From NCBI RefSeq assembly GCF_018977255.1, contig NW_024704742.1:10790001-10854000 (forward strand): a stretch of 64,000 nt of DNA, in the 5' to 3' direction. Below the pieces are notes generated by a model, which saw only the letters and a program-made list of their open reading frames with translations, did no database searches and was not told the DNA's origin. The position numbers and the translations under genes are program-made. Position 1 is the stretch's first letter. Each line of letters opens with the position of its first letter. Positions 13,133 through 26,106 of the stretch are shown piece after piece. Origin of the DNA: Callorhinchus milii (taxonomy: Eukaryota).

Positions 13133-13432
13133 TCCTCTGTGGAGGTTATGGTAATCTGGACGTCCTCCTGACGTGAAAAGCGCTATATCAAATGCAAGGA
13201 TTATTATTATTATTATTATTATAGGCCAATCTGCAATACTCCAATGCAATGCAGATGACAGCTCATCCAGCCTGGGTCATCAGCAGCACTTTAAGGCATA
13301 TAGGTCACTGGGCTAGGAGTTTTTCCATTCAGCTCCTGTTTAAGCCCTAACAGGTAGGGTGGTCCTACCTGGATAAGCAATTGCAAATTTGCCAGACATT
13401 GGCAAGCCATGCAGTTTATCTGGTTGAGCAGT
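13133..13432 (+). repeat. Unclassified interspersed repeat, copy B (more 5' part), interrupted by a SINE tail at about 13159-13222
   Basis: CCTCTGTGG..GGT...TAATCTGG and CAGCTCCTGTT...GGTAGGGTGGTCCTA match 25813-26040. Confidence 0.7.
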
Positions 13433-13996
13433 TAGTTATTATTGAAGTCCTATAATAGTCAATCCATCAGCTCCTGTCCTGCTGGGCTAGTGTATGTTTT
13501 TGTTCAGAGACTAACTGTGTAGACAATCTTTCTACTCGTTCCTCACTCATTTGGAACTGTTCTAGAAACTTGAGTTCCATACTATGTATAGTCGTAAGAT
13601 TAAGAGCTAATTGTAAAATGGATCACATCATTTATTTATCTTTTTTCATTAAAGTACAATTATTACTCATTACTTTCTCATCTTTTCTTTTATTCTCATC
13701 ACTGTTAACAACTTACTATTCACACTATAAAAAGAACATGCAGTGATCAAACATCCGGCATTTTAAGTTTTATAAATTACTCTGACATATGTAGTGGATC
13801 TTTCATCCTAATTTCATGAATATAGTATGTGCTTGTAACATTTAATTTGGAAGAAAGGCTCATTGCAAACATTTTCTGGTGCGATCGAATGGCCGAAGGT
13901 ATTGTCAAAAAGGAAGGTCTTGAGGCAGCTCTTGAAGAAGCTGGGGGAAGGGGCGAGTTGAAGGGCACTCTGGGATGGATAAGCAATATAGTTGTA

Positions 13997-14282
13997 ATAA
14001 TAACAATAATCCTTGCATTTAATATAGCACCTTATGATGTCTCAAAGCACTTCACAGATTATACTGTAAAGTGAATTGACTGTATATTTTGTGGGCAAAA
14101 CGTGGAAAGCAATTGCACACAGCAGTGTTTCACAAACAGTTGTGGATTGAATGACCAATTTTTTTAAGCAATTATTATCCCCAGAAAAGCGATCCACTGA
14201 TCAACTAACAACCGAGTTCCTACTTGCTGCTAGGTAAATAGAGACTAATGGAGTAAGGAAACTTGCCCAGCGTTTCACCCTT
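13997..14282 (-). mobile_element. Young Deu-SINE, long variant, head missing
   Basis: Tail, Deu core, central insert and GGAGTAAGGAAACTTGCCCAG. Confidence 0.85.
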
Positions 14283-17200
14283 GCAGTTGTAGGTCTCACC
14301 GCAGATTTTGATTTAGCAAGCGAAAAAATTATGCAAACAAGTGTAGCAGAGTTAAACACATTAGATTTAACTGAGGCAGCATACCTTTTGAACTCTACCA
14401 CCCTGTCCTAAAGGTGCATGGAAATTTCATATTTAGCTTATACAAATCAGATTCCCTCACCTTTTGCTGTGTCATTGAGTTATGCCAGAGCTTTGGTTGA
14501 GTGCTAAAACTTACAACTCTGAATACCATAATATTTCCACGTACAACACAGCCCTCTCATTGGTGTTTCAGTCAACGTGCAGTATTTCATAATAGCTCCG
14601 TTAAATACAGTGTGAAAAATAATGTGGACGATCTAGGTGTTGGATCACTGCCAATTGCAACATATCAAAATACATGATAAATTTGCAAATCCAGCATACG
14701 ATTTCACTGGTGCAGTGTTTCAAGCAGTGAACAGAGGATGCACCTTGCTATGCTGCTTGATTAACACCAAATGATTTTGACATTGATGTTAAGGAGAAAG
14801 GTCTCAGCTCATTTATCCATCCTTAGTTGCAGCCTTTTAAGTAAAATTTTTTCCAATTACTTGTACTGGTACAGGTTATGCTCAAGAAAATCTATCAACG
14901 AGGGCATATGAAATAGAGGAAAACGATAGACTGCCAACGGGATGATAGAAGTCTGAAGTTTCACTCAATCTTGGCCTGGAACCTTAGCCGTTTTGTCTTA
15001 AGATGGAAAAAGTAGAACAGTGAAACATTCTTAAAATTCAGTCTTAATTTGGAACCCATTTTTTTACAAGACCTGTAGAAAAATGTATTCCTTTCAAATT
15101 GAGAATTTAAAAATGTCCCCAATTCTACACGATGTTCAATTATAAAACAAAATGCACTCATGAGTTAAAATTAACACCCTGACTCAGCAAATATTTATCT
15201 GCCTCCATCTTGTTGGGAGTTCGCCATTAGCCAATGTATCACACAACAGTAACAACAACTTGCACTTATATTGCGTCTTCCACCCAGGGTAGCATCTCAG
15301 AGCGCTTGAAGCTGTTTTTTTTAACTGTGTCTCACCTCCTTGCAATCTGTTTCCAGTTATTAATTACTCTTTGGGTAAAGAAAATCTTCCTGGTGTCTGT
15401 CCTGCAACTCTGAACCTATATCATCTTATTCTATTGGCTTGGTACACTTTAAAATATTATTCTGGGTTTACTATTTCAGTCCCATTTAAAATATTATACA
15501 CCTCTATAAGATCGTCTTTGAAACAGCTCTCAGGACTGAAGAGCCTCTAGTTTGTCTAACCGTTAACCCCTGAATTGATGTCATTGCAAAATAGCAATCT
15601 AATTCCTTTTGCATTTCCTGACACAGTCTGCCTCCACTGCCTCTCCGGCTAGTCTATTTCATGTTGTGATCACTCTGTGTATTGTAATTACATCTTATCT
15701 GAGTTGAGTCCATATCTGTTTATTTTTACAAATATGAAAATTTAGTGTTTGTACAAATTTTTTTTAAATTATTTCCTCCCATCTGTGATCAGTGTTGTTT
15801 AGTGTCAAACAGGACATTGACATTGGCATTATCTCTCAGCAGCAAGGGACACAGTGTGCTTGCCGTTGGGTGCTATTGGTGGTCTATTGCATGGTCCAAT
15901 TTTTCCAACTATGTATCTTTTGGAAAATGTGAGGTGACAGGTCACACCACAGGTCCACAGGCATGTTAGCTTTTCTTAACACTCCCTTTTTTTTAACCAA
16001 CACAAAGCTCTCACTGTGCTTGACGTGACGTGCCTGTCGCTTGGGTAAGTCTGTCTGTAAAGTGATTTCCAAATTCCATTGTTCTTATTAATTTTTTAAA
16101 CGGGCTCTGCCTCAGAATAATCCATTTTCAATGTCTCTTTCTTTATTATTATAGCTGCTTAGGAGCAGCTACATATTTTATGTTGATGCATATTAATGTC
16201 CTTTCTTAGGAGCTGAAAAATGACTTTTTATTGATTAGATATGACTTATCAAAGCAGCTTGCAGTTGTACGAAGTGACACTTTTCATATATATATGGAAA
16301 TCAAACTATCTTTATGCATTGGGTAATGGCAAACCCCCAACAAGTCTTGATAAAGTATTCAATTGACTCGTAGCATTAAGAGTAATGTACAGGAGGATGT
16401 CCCTGTCTCATCACAGTCTCATCACAGCATAGATGAGTGTCAGGATTTTCTAGGGCAGAGAGTGTGCGAGATGGAAATCAATATTATCTGGAGATTTGAG
16501 TTACGATTTCAAATTATCCTTTCAGTATATTTTCAGGCAAGAACATAAGCTTTCTTGGTTTATGTCACGATAGGTCATCCTGGAGCATTTGCAAATACGC
16601 CCTTGGCAGTTTTTACACAGTTAACAAAGTATTAGTAGTACATAAGAATTGCTAGACAAAAGAAGACTAAGGCCGATTCAGTTCTTCTTCCACATCCTGG
16701 CAGTTGCATAGACATGTCATGTCCCAAACTATATACTGTTCCTAAAAATAAATCTATTTAATTTGCTTATCAAAGAATCAACACTTTCTGCTTCCACCTT
16801 CCCCCTAAGGAGCAGGAACATTAGTGTTACTACCTTTTGAGGATTGGCAGAACTACAGTTAATTGTTGACTTGTGTTGGTACAAGTGAAATGAATGGATT
16901 TTATAAGCATTCAATGCTGCTAAGGTTAGTTGTCGATCAGGAATCACATACTACATCCAGTGTTAAGATGTTGTGTTAGATTTTGGAGCACACTGCTTTG
17001 TGTTGGAGACAATTCTAGATTTGTAGGTCATGGAAGAAATCTTATTGCTCCGAAGTAAAACTTGTCTAAAATCTATAGGAAGGTCACTATCTAATTTTTG
17101 CAAAGCAGCTTGAGTATTTAGTACTAATCCTTGTGAAGCTATGTCTGGATGTGTCTTGTAGAAAGAAAACTCTAAGCTTGCCACAACAACATCATGGCAA

Positions 17201-17664
17201 AAGGGGCTGATCAGCCCCCCAAAAAATTCACTCTCAGTGCAGTGTACGTGTACCTCAGGATGTCAATCTCAGTGAAATAATAGGTGGGTGTAGGGCATTA
17301 TGCTGACTTTTCAGGTGGTTTGTGACGAGAAGGTGTGTGTGTGGGTGTATGGGTGTGTGGACGGGTGTGGGGAGAGGGGGAAGTTGCACAGCAGAACTCA
17401 CTTCCTTGCCAGCCATTAGTTGTATTCAAAGTAGTATTCCTCTGGTGCTGTGTTGCCCAGTCATAGTACCTGAAATGGGGTCCAAGTCACATCTGCCTTT
17501 TGTACTGCTCGCTGAATCACTATCCTACGAGAAGGGCATTATATAAATGCAATTTGTTCTATAGAATTTGGAATTTGTACAGCAACTATATGGATCTAAG
17601 TGAACTTGACAACAAGGTCTGCTTGGAGTCAGTCACAAGTTATCCTGTTGCCTGACACCTTGTC

Positions 17665-17950
17665 AGCCTGGCTCGGTAGCGTTCTAATAATAATATAATA
17701 TTATTAGTATTATTTGATATAGTGGCTCTTCGTGTCTTCAAGACGTCTCAAAGCTCTTCGAAGCGTCTTTGCACTCAGTAATGGCCCACAAACAGCCTAA
17801 AGTGAATAACCAATTTTATCTGGAGATTGTTCATCAGAACACTGGGAAAAACTTTCCTTTTTCAAATGGTGCCTTTGGATTTTTAATATCCATCTGAACA
17901 GACAGATGGGAACTCGCTTTAATGTCTCGACCGAAGCACTGTGTTGGAAT
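17665..17950 (-). mobile_element. Older Deu-SINE fragment
   Basis: GGATTTTTAATATCCATCTGAACAGACAGATGGG, reverse complement of the body motif. Confidence 0.6.
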
Positions 17951-18164
17951 GTATCTTCACCGTATTAAAATGCAGCTTCAAACGCATACATCTCTGCCCT
18001 CCAGTCAACCCAATCCTTGTCAGCCTCCACTAGCTCTCTGTCTCTGAAGGTCCTCACTCTCACAATCAAATCCCACTGCACACTGGCACTTCCCTTTCTC
18101 TCTGATATCCTCATACCCCATTCCTCTGCCCACCTCCTCTATACTCAGCTAATGCCAGCACAGG

Positions 18165-18543
18165 CTCACTGGGGGCAGGGAGCCATCCCACTCAGCTCCT
18201 GTTAACCCTGCAAGCCAAAGCCCTAACGGGTAGAGTGGTCCTAGCTGGACAAGCAGCAGGAAAGCTTGCCAGACAGCGATATCAATGGTTAGTCTCCAGC
18301 AGTTACCCCAATGCACACTCTGGGATCCCAAAGCCTTGGCTCTTGCCAACCTGCGCCTAATAGTTTCCGGAAGTAGGTAAACGGGATTTGCCCCTCGAGA
18401 GAGAGTGTGAATTTCATTCCAATAATTTCTCTCTGGGATTTCCATGTGCAGGTGGGATGCATGGAATTCTCATCTTAGTTTGAGTACTATTAATCAGGTG
18501 ATGGGTTTCTGCATGTGTCAGACACCCGGCTGATCAAAAAAAA
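18165..18543 (+). repeat. Unclassified interspersed repeat, copy C
   Basis: Collinear with copy A over about 370 bp; ends GGCTGATCAAAAAAAA. Confidence 0.85.
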
Positions 18544-19849
18544 TGCTCAGCTAACATTCTATGTTTCCCTTGCACACAGACCTGCTGCTTTTCCCTGCCC
18601 CCTCGCACTATCATCAATGACCAAGCCTTGGGTCATACAGCAACAACAACTACAACAAATTCCATTTATGTAGTGCCTTTCACGTTAGGAGGACTTGCCA
18701 AGGTGTTGAAATTCCCCCTCCCACACACACACCCACACCTCTGGAATTCTTTGCCTCTATCCCTCTGCCTCATCCCCTGACTTTCTAATTTAAATTCCAC
18801 CTCTAAAGCTATCTCTTTGCTCACATCACCTCCACTTAGTCACCTTGCTCTCCCCAACCACTCCTCCTAAGTGTCCAAACCCGCCACTGTGAAGCACTCC
18901 GAAACTCTAGCTTTATCCTATGTAAAGGATATTATATAAATTCAAGTTGTTGACAGCATAGATTAAATGAGTTCAAAGTCCCGACATGAGGTTTGAACCC
19001 ACAACCATCTGGCTCAGAGGCAAGAGTGTTCCCAACTGAGCCAGGCTGATGCACTTCTTGACTTAACTTCCATTGATGCTGTAGATTGATGGTGAATTGC
19101 TGGTATTGTCACAAACAAAAATAGAAATGTATACTAAATTATTTCCAATCCCCTCTCTTCACAGCCCACAGCCTTTCACCCAATTCGCTATGTCACGGGT
19201 TGCTAAGAGTACAATAATATTAGTTCTAATAACTACTTCGCTAGGTTCAGGATTGCAATCTGGAGGAAATGGCAAGCATTATTATAAATCAATGCGTTTA
19301 TGATAGAAAGATGCACTGTACAGTCTTCTCAAGTTTATTCATTGAAGTGTTGGTTGAAGGAAGCAATTATTTTAAAATAGATTTCTTGCGTTCATTTCAA
19401 CATACCTTTCTAGCCCAAAATGTTTGGCAGAATAGTGAAACAGACTTAAACTTGGCAGCTACACTGCATTTGTTTTGTTTCCTCAGTCCACTTTGTATTG
19501 TACTTTAATCTAAATCCACTGGGCTCTGCAGACTTGATTGCCTTACACTCAGACATCTATTTGGTCTGTGCCAGATGGGCTTTCATTTATCTTGCTTTGC
19601 TTACTCAGTGAAGAATAACACATGACTTAAGATGGTTCACACTGTATTGAAAGGCTATTTGTGGTTGGGAAGCAAAGTACGTCAGAAGTGTACAAACCGT
19701 GGACCTGGCTCCACACTCTGGGCTGGGTTTTGAACCAATTGATACAAAACCTTTCACTGTGCTGTGTTTCACATGTTCAATTTACTCTTAAATGCTGTTA
19801 CCTTTGAACAGGCTACTTTCCCAGGCAGGGAAGTTATTTTACTCCACAC

Positions 19850-20115
19850 ACCTCTGTTTATCTAACTTTAAGTAGGAACCCGGTAGTTAGTCGATTGGTG
19901 GATTTCTTTTCCGGGGTAATGATCCTTTCCTAAACAAAATTTAAAAAATAATAATTATTTGGTCGCTCAATCCACGACTGTTTGTGGGACACTGCTCTGC
20001 ACAATTGGATGCTGTGTTTTGCCCACAAAATATAGAATCAACTCACTTTACAGTATATTCTGTAAAGCGCTTTGAGACATGATAAGGCGTTATATCAAAT
20101 GGAAGGATTATGATT
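19850..20115 (+). mobile_element. Young Deu-SINE, long variant, 5'-truncated
   Basis: Central insert AGTAGGAACCCGG, Deu core and tail. Confidence 0.8.
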
Positions 20116-20464
20116 ACTTTAACAATTTCAAGCATAAATACACATCAAAGATTGTAGAGAACTCATTTACATGGATTGTAAAGATCCTAATGCCTTGGGA
20201 TGTCCTCCTGACATGAAAAGGCACTCTACAAATATAATTTTGGATTATATTTATGTGCACTGTTATAATGTTGTCACATGAAATATTTGGGGATTTTTGT
20301 CTGGTTCTGAACCCTTTATCATTTAATGCTCTAGTTTTTTTTGTATACCCTGACATGAATAACATGAGTATTTCTGTTGGTGGTCTTACTTTACTCCTTG
20401 CTTTGTCAAAGAGATCAAATCTTTCATTACTTTGAGCTGAACTCAGGCAGAGTTTGTTACCAGA

Positions 20465-20610
20465 TACAGTGGTATCCACTTTAGCCGAATGCCTGTTACC
20501 CTCCGGACCGTGGGTAAATTGGACAAAAGGCCCGGTCCTGATTCATTAGTATTCTTACCTGTTTTAAATATGCTGAGTAATTCAGCCAAAAATCCAGTTA
20601 AGCCGGGCAA
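20465..20610 (+). mobile_element. Possible Tc1/mariner (pogo/Tigger-like) DNA transposon end
   Basis: TA followed by CAGTGGTATCCACTTTAGCCGAA and a subterminal GGACAAAAGGCCCGGTCC; no partner TIR found. Confidence 0.35.
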
Positions 20611-20686
20611 AATGCCATGCTGGTCCTTGTTACGTTAACTCACTCTTGCGGCTTCTATGTCTCGAACAGCTCAATTCAACCAGGAG

Positions 20687-22030
20687 CAACAACAACAACA
20701 AGATTACATTTGTATAGCGCCTTTCACGTCAGGAGGACATCCCAAGGCGCTGGACAGTGTAAAGCATTTCAGACCTGAGCTGGGGTCAGGGAGGCAGAAG
20801 GGAGGGGAGGGGAAGGGGAGTGGCCGATGACATGATCGAAGAGGAGGGTCTTGAGGCAGGACTTGACAGAGGCTAAGGAGGGGGCGAAGCGGAATGATTG
20901 GGGGATGGAATTCCAGAGGTTGGGAGCAGAGTGGCTGAAGGCTCTCCCGCCAATGATGGGGCGGGTGAGTCATGGGACGTGGAGCAGCAGGAGCCGGCTG
21001 AGTGGAGGGAGCAGGCGGGTAGGTAGGGGGTTAGGAGATTACAGAGGTAGGGTGAGCCGAGGCCATGGAGGGCTTTGTAGGTGAGGACCAGGATCTTGAA
21101 CTGGATCCTCTGAAGGATAGGGAGCCAATGGAGTCGGGCGAGAATGGGGGAGATGGGGTCATGGAGTTTAGTGCAGGAGAGGACACGGGCTGCAGAGTTC
21201 TGGAATATCTGCTGCCTGTGGAGAGAGGAGTTGGGAAGGGCATTTGCATAGTCGAGCCTGGAGGTGATGAAGGCATGAACAAGAGTTTCAGTGGCCTGAT
21301 GGGTGGTGTAGTTGCGGAGTTGGGCGATGTTAAGGAGGTGAGGGAAGGCAGAGCGGGTCATGGCTTGGATGTATGGAAGAAAAGACCATTAAGGGTTGAA
21401 CAAGACACATTGGTTCCTGACTGGTTTGGTGAGTTGTAGTGAGCAACAATGGAGGTTGATGTTGCCAGAGCCTGAGGTGCAGAGGCGCTGGCGCGAGCCA
21501 ATCAGGAGGGCCTCAGTCTTGTTCACATTCAACTGTATGAAATTTGCCCTCATCCAGGACTTCATGTCCGACAGGTAGTCTGTCAGGACAGCAGTGGTCC
21601 TGGAGTTGAGGGTGGAGGTAGAAAGATAGAGTTGGGTGTCATCCGCAAACATATGGAAATTGACCCCATGTCTGCGGATGATGTCACCGAACGGGAGCAT
21701 GTAGATGTTAAAGAGGAGAGAGCCAAGGACAGAGCCCTGGGGGACGCCAGATGTGACAGTGCGGGGGCTGAAGGAGAAACCGTTAATAAAGTGGAGACGG
21801 TGAGAGAGATAGGAATCAAACCAGGCAAGGGCAGGACCGCGAAGATTAAGTAAAGAGGAGAGGCGGTGTATGAGGATGGAGTGGTCGACAGTGTCGAAGG
21901 CGGCAGAGAGGTCGAGGAGAACAAGGAGGCAGAGATGTTCACAGATCACAGATGTTCAGAATGTCATTAGTGACTTTGACCAGGGCTGTTTCCATGCTAT
22001 GGGCAGCGCGGAAGCTGGATTTAAACTCTG
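20687..22030 (-). mobile_element. 5'-truncated L2-clade LINE
   Basis: ORF 21389..21949 has [23 protein letters not shown] and [11 protein letters not shown]; (TTG)n tail at 20687. Confidence 0.95.
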
Positions 22031-22931
22031 GGATGGAGATAGTAGGAGTCAACTCACTCTTCCATCCAGATGGAATTTTGGGTCTATTCTCTGTAAAATA
22101 GCTTGAGATGTCTTGTACATGAATGGAGCTATTTAAGGAGAAATTGTTAAAACTGGTGCTTTTTCCCCACACCAGATTAAGATGCTCAAAGGAGCTCAAG
22201 CTCAGTAAATGAGATCTACGAAAGATAGTTGATCGGATGATAGCCTAGCTCCTGATGTAGGCTTGTGACAAGGAATGAACAAGACATGTAAGGTTGAAAG
22301 ATTTAGTTTGGTTTGAAATTAACCGATCTAAAAGCATTAATCTCAATGTCAAAACTTGACCTAACTTTCCCTTTCCATAAAAATAAATCTATCAGCACCG
22401 CTATACTTACACTTTCAACATAACTGGAGAGGTGATGGGTAACACACAAATCTTTTGTGTTGTAACAGTTGGGTCATTGGCTATGAAGAAAATGGCATCT
22501 CCTGTCAGCTCTAATATTTATACCATGAAATTCCTTGGAAAGGTCAGCATTTTCATGGTATTTAAAAGTGTTTCTTTTTATTCTAAATCGCCGCGAAAAA
22601 TATAATTCAAGCATGAGTCCTTGTTTCAACAAAGAGCATCAGCACTCAGGCCCTGTCTTGTTATGCGGGGAGGTGCTTGTCGTTGCTATAATTTATTGTA
22701 AAGGTTATTTGTGACCATCCAGCAGATTATACGGTGGCATCCCTGAACTACTTTCATGTTGAAATCAAGACATTTAACCTCAACCTTCAAACCAACAAGC
22801 AAACATTAATTGCCTCTTTCTAATATAAATTACCAGTTGCTCTCTTATTTTTCATGCGTAGCCCTCAAATCGTCTCATTTGTATTATCAGAATTCAAGGT
22901 TTGAGCTTGAAGCACTATATTCTTCAAATAT

Positions 22932-23235
22932 CAGTGGCTAGAGCACTTGCCTTGCAAGTGAGACACGTGGGTTCAATTCCAGGTAGGGCGAAACCTTGGG
23001 CAAGTTTCCTTACTCCACACACCTAATAATAATCCCTCCAAAAAACAAAAGCAATAATAAATTGGTCATTTTCAATCCACGACTGTTTGTGGAACACTGC
23101 TGTGCGCAATTGGCTGCTGCGTTTCGCCCACAAATATACAGTCAATTCACTTTACAGCATATTCTGTGAAGCGCTTTGAGACGTCTAGAAGATGTGAAAA
23201 GCGCTATATCAAATGCAAGGATTATTATTATTATA
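22932..23235 (+). mobile_element. Young Deu-SINE, short variant, near full length
   Basis: Head with B box GGTTCAATTCC, Deu core and (TTA)n tail. Confidence 0.9.
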
Positions 23236-23679
23236 AATGCTCTCAAATCTACTACACCAGGCCTCTCAGAGGCACAGTTTTCCAGGTAATTTTAGTTTAC
23301 TCCAAAACATTCAAGCATGCATTGATGTATACTTTTACTTTGCAGCAGCAAATAGTCCAGTCCAGTCCAAATAGTTCACTTTATGAGTGAATAATATTAC
23401 TCACATCTCTATATGCTTTCAGAATACCCACCCTACCACCTTATTTCCAGTTTCAAGCTCTATGAGGGACCTGAACCAACAAGCTTCACAACCCAAATTG
23501 AGTCAAGCTGATGTTTTTTATGAAGTCATTCAACATGTTAAGCATTTGGTCTGGGCTTTGAAGACAGGCAAATACTAATGGTTCATGTTCTGAAGAGAAA
23601 CTGATTGTACATCTGAGTTATAGGAAGCACCTGAACACGCAGATTTTAACCTCTTATTATCTCTTTGTGGGAGAGAATT

Positions 23680-23885
23680 TGCGGATGGGCCTTCAGTCTT
23701 TCTGCCTCCACTACCTGGAACTCCTTCCCTCATCTTTGACCTACCTCTTTGAAAGGCACTTTCGGTCAGCTTTCCCCTCGGTTCCCGTCCCAGCTCAGGT
23801 GCTGAGCCAGTATTGTTGAGTGCCTCGGACGCTCTTCCGTTTGTGAAAGATGTTATATAAATGCAAATTTGCATTGCATTGTGTT
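23680..23885 (+). mobile_element. Old L2 3' end fragment
   Basis: GGGCCTTCAGT...TGGAACTCC...GTGAAAGATGTTATATAAATGCAA. Confidence 0.55.
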
Positions 23886-23940
23886 GTACAGATACCATCA
23901 GAGATTCCATGGGAAGAATAACAGATTATTATTTTGCTTT

Positions 23941-24041
23941 AACAAAAACAGAGAGAGCTGGGAAAACACGGCAGGTCAGGCAGCATCTTTGGAGAAAGGA
24001 GAGTGAGTCAACATGTCGGGACCACGACCCTTCATTAGAAC
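23941..24041 (-). mobile_element. Penelope-like terminal-repeat relic with a degenerate hammerhead core
   Basis: Minus strand TTCTAATGAAGGGTCGTGGTCCCGACATGTTGACT...GATGCTGCCTGACCTGC...TTTCCCAGC. Confidence 0.55.
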
Positions 24042-25240
24042 GCATTGATTTGCTTTGTTTTTGGCTTGTATAGAGACTGTGATTGATGTTTTATAAACTA
24101 CTTTATTACTGTCTGTTGGAGTGATGCATTTCTCAGTTCATAAACCATCCCTCTAATAACTTTCCTCGCTGCCTAGCTTCATACTGTGATTGGTCATAAG
24201 TTGTCTTTGCTGCAGGTTTAGCTTGGCCCAAAGCAGCTTCCAAAACTGCTTTGAAGGCCCTCAACTTCCATCTACCAGCTCTCACTTCCTTGTGATTACC
24301 TTGACAGCGTCTCGCTTTTCGGGCTGTAGCATTAGTTTCCTTATCACCTCAGCTGCAGAAGTAAGGAAATTATTTCTGTCCCCTAAAAATTAATAAATTC
24401 GCCAATTTACACTTTGGATTGAGTTTTATTGCTTTTCTTCAGATTACTTAATGCTGTGTTTTTGGAGGAATGAGCAAACGTGACCACAGATTCGCAGAAT
24501 AACTTGGGTAAAAAGCCTTTGGGGAAGCAGGATTCGAATCGGAAATCTCATTCATTGTCAACATCATCAACGGGGCAATCTCCCCTGATTAAGGGTAATC
24601 TATAATGGTGATAAGGAATATGGTGAAAGATAGGCATTGAGTTTAAAGATCTGACAAGATCTAATAAAACAGGTTTGACATCAAACCTATTAGACCTTTA
24701 ACAATTTTTCAAGTGAATATCTAAATTCAAATTTTCTGATCATATTGTGTATATAATGAAAACTATTTTCTCTTTTGATCCTACTGACCTATTTGATCCA
24801 AGCAACTCCTTTCCCCTCAGGCTCAATCATTAACAGCTTCCAACGGAATTCCTAATCTAATTCATAACTTGTGGAAGTGTAGACATGGTGCAAATATTAC
24901 CAGAGGAATGATGGTTTTCATTCAGGTCTAACTAATCCATTGGGAGAATGATAATGGCAACAATAATAATTAATAATAATTAATCCTGCCTTATCACGTC
25001 ATTGAGTTGTCTCCAGGTGCTTCACAGGATTTATTCTGAAGGGTGGCCATTGTGCAATTATAGGCACACACAGGAGCCTATTTGCACGTACCAATGCTCC
25101 ACATAGCCATGACTGAATAATCAATTTATCTGAGGTATTTTGGGTGAGGACACTGAGAGAAACCCCCTTCTCTTTTCATGGAATCTTTAATGAGCAGCTG
25201 CAGCTTAAACTCCATCCCTGCAATTAGTGGAACCATCGCT

Positions 25241-25561
25241 CAATAATAATAATAATAATCCTTGCATTTGATATAGCGCTTTTCACGTCGGGAGGATGTC
25301 CCAAAGCGTTTCACAGAACACACTGTAAAGTGAATTGACTGTATATTTGTGGGCGAACGCAGCAGCCAATTGCGCACAGCAATGTCCCACAAACAGTCAT
25401 GGATTGAAAATGACCAATTTATTATTGTTTTTTTTGGAGGGATTATTATTAGGCGTGTGGAGTAAGGAAACTTGCCCAAGGTTTTGCCCTCTGCCTGGAA
25501 TTGAACTCAGGTCTCTCGCTTGCAAAGCGAGTGCTCTAACCACTGAGCTACAGGACTCCAC
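25241..25561 (-). mobile_element. Young Deu-SINE, short variant, full length
   Basis: Complete head through (TTA)n tail; closely similar to 42673-42995 and 61981-62299. Confidence 0.95.
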
Positions 25562-25812
25562 CTTGGGAATGGGAAGAGATGTGTGCCCAAGTTGCAGACA
25601 GACAGACTGTGGCAACACTCTTATGGATTTAATGCTGAGATGTGTTGCCCACCGGGAAGCTGGCATGGAGTTCCTTGTATCTGATGAGGGCTCAAACCCA
25701 TGCTTTTTGGATGTTGAACCAACTTGTGACTATCCCCCTTGAGGGGGAGGTGACCGGGGTCTCCTTGGAATGTCAGAATTTGAATGGAATGTCGGAATCG
25801 ATAGAGGAATTC

Positions 25813-26040
25813 CCTCTGTGGCGGTCTCACTAATCTGGTTCCTGAGCCAGGCGGGTCTGCAGTAATCCAGTCTAGTCTGCAGCTGATGACAGACCAGTCA
25901 CTGGGAGCAAGGCGTCATCTCCCTCAGCTCCTGTTAACCCTGCAAGCCAAAATCTCTAACGAAAGGGTTGTCCTAGCTGGACAGCAATATCAATGGCAAG
26001 CTATGCAGTTTTAGCTGGTTGGACGCCAGCAGTTACCTGA
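25813..26040 (+). repeat. Unclassified interspersed repeat, copy D (may extend 5' to about 25562)
   Basis: CTCAGCTCCTGTTAACCCTGCAAGCCAAA identical to copy C. Confidence 0.8.
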
Positions 26041-26106
26041 ACGCAAAATCTCTAACAACGACCTGAACAGACAGAGTGACCTTTGGTTAAAATCTCATCT
26101 GGAAGA

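Noticed and set aside
17203..17218. Perfect 16-bp palindrome GGGGCTGATCAGCCCC
   Set aside because: Isolated; about one such palindrome is expected by chance in a window this size
25680..25705. CTGATGAGGGCTCAAACCC as a hammerhead ribozyme
   Set aside because: No GAAA after the putative stem II, and no stems I or III
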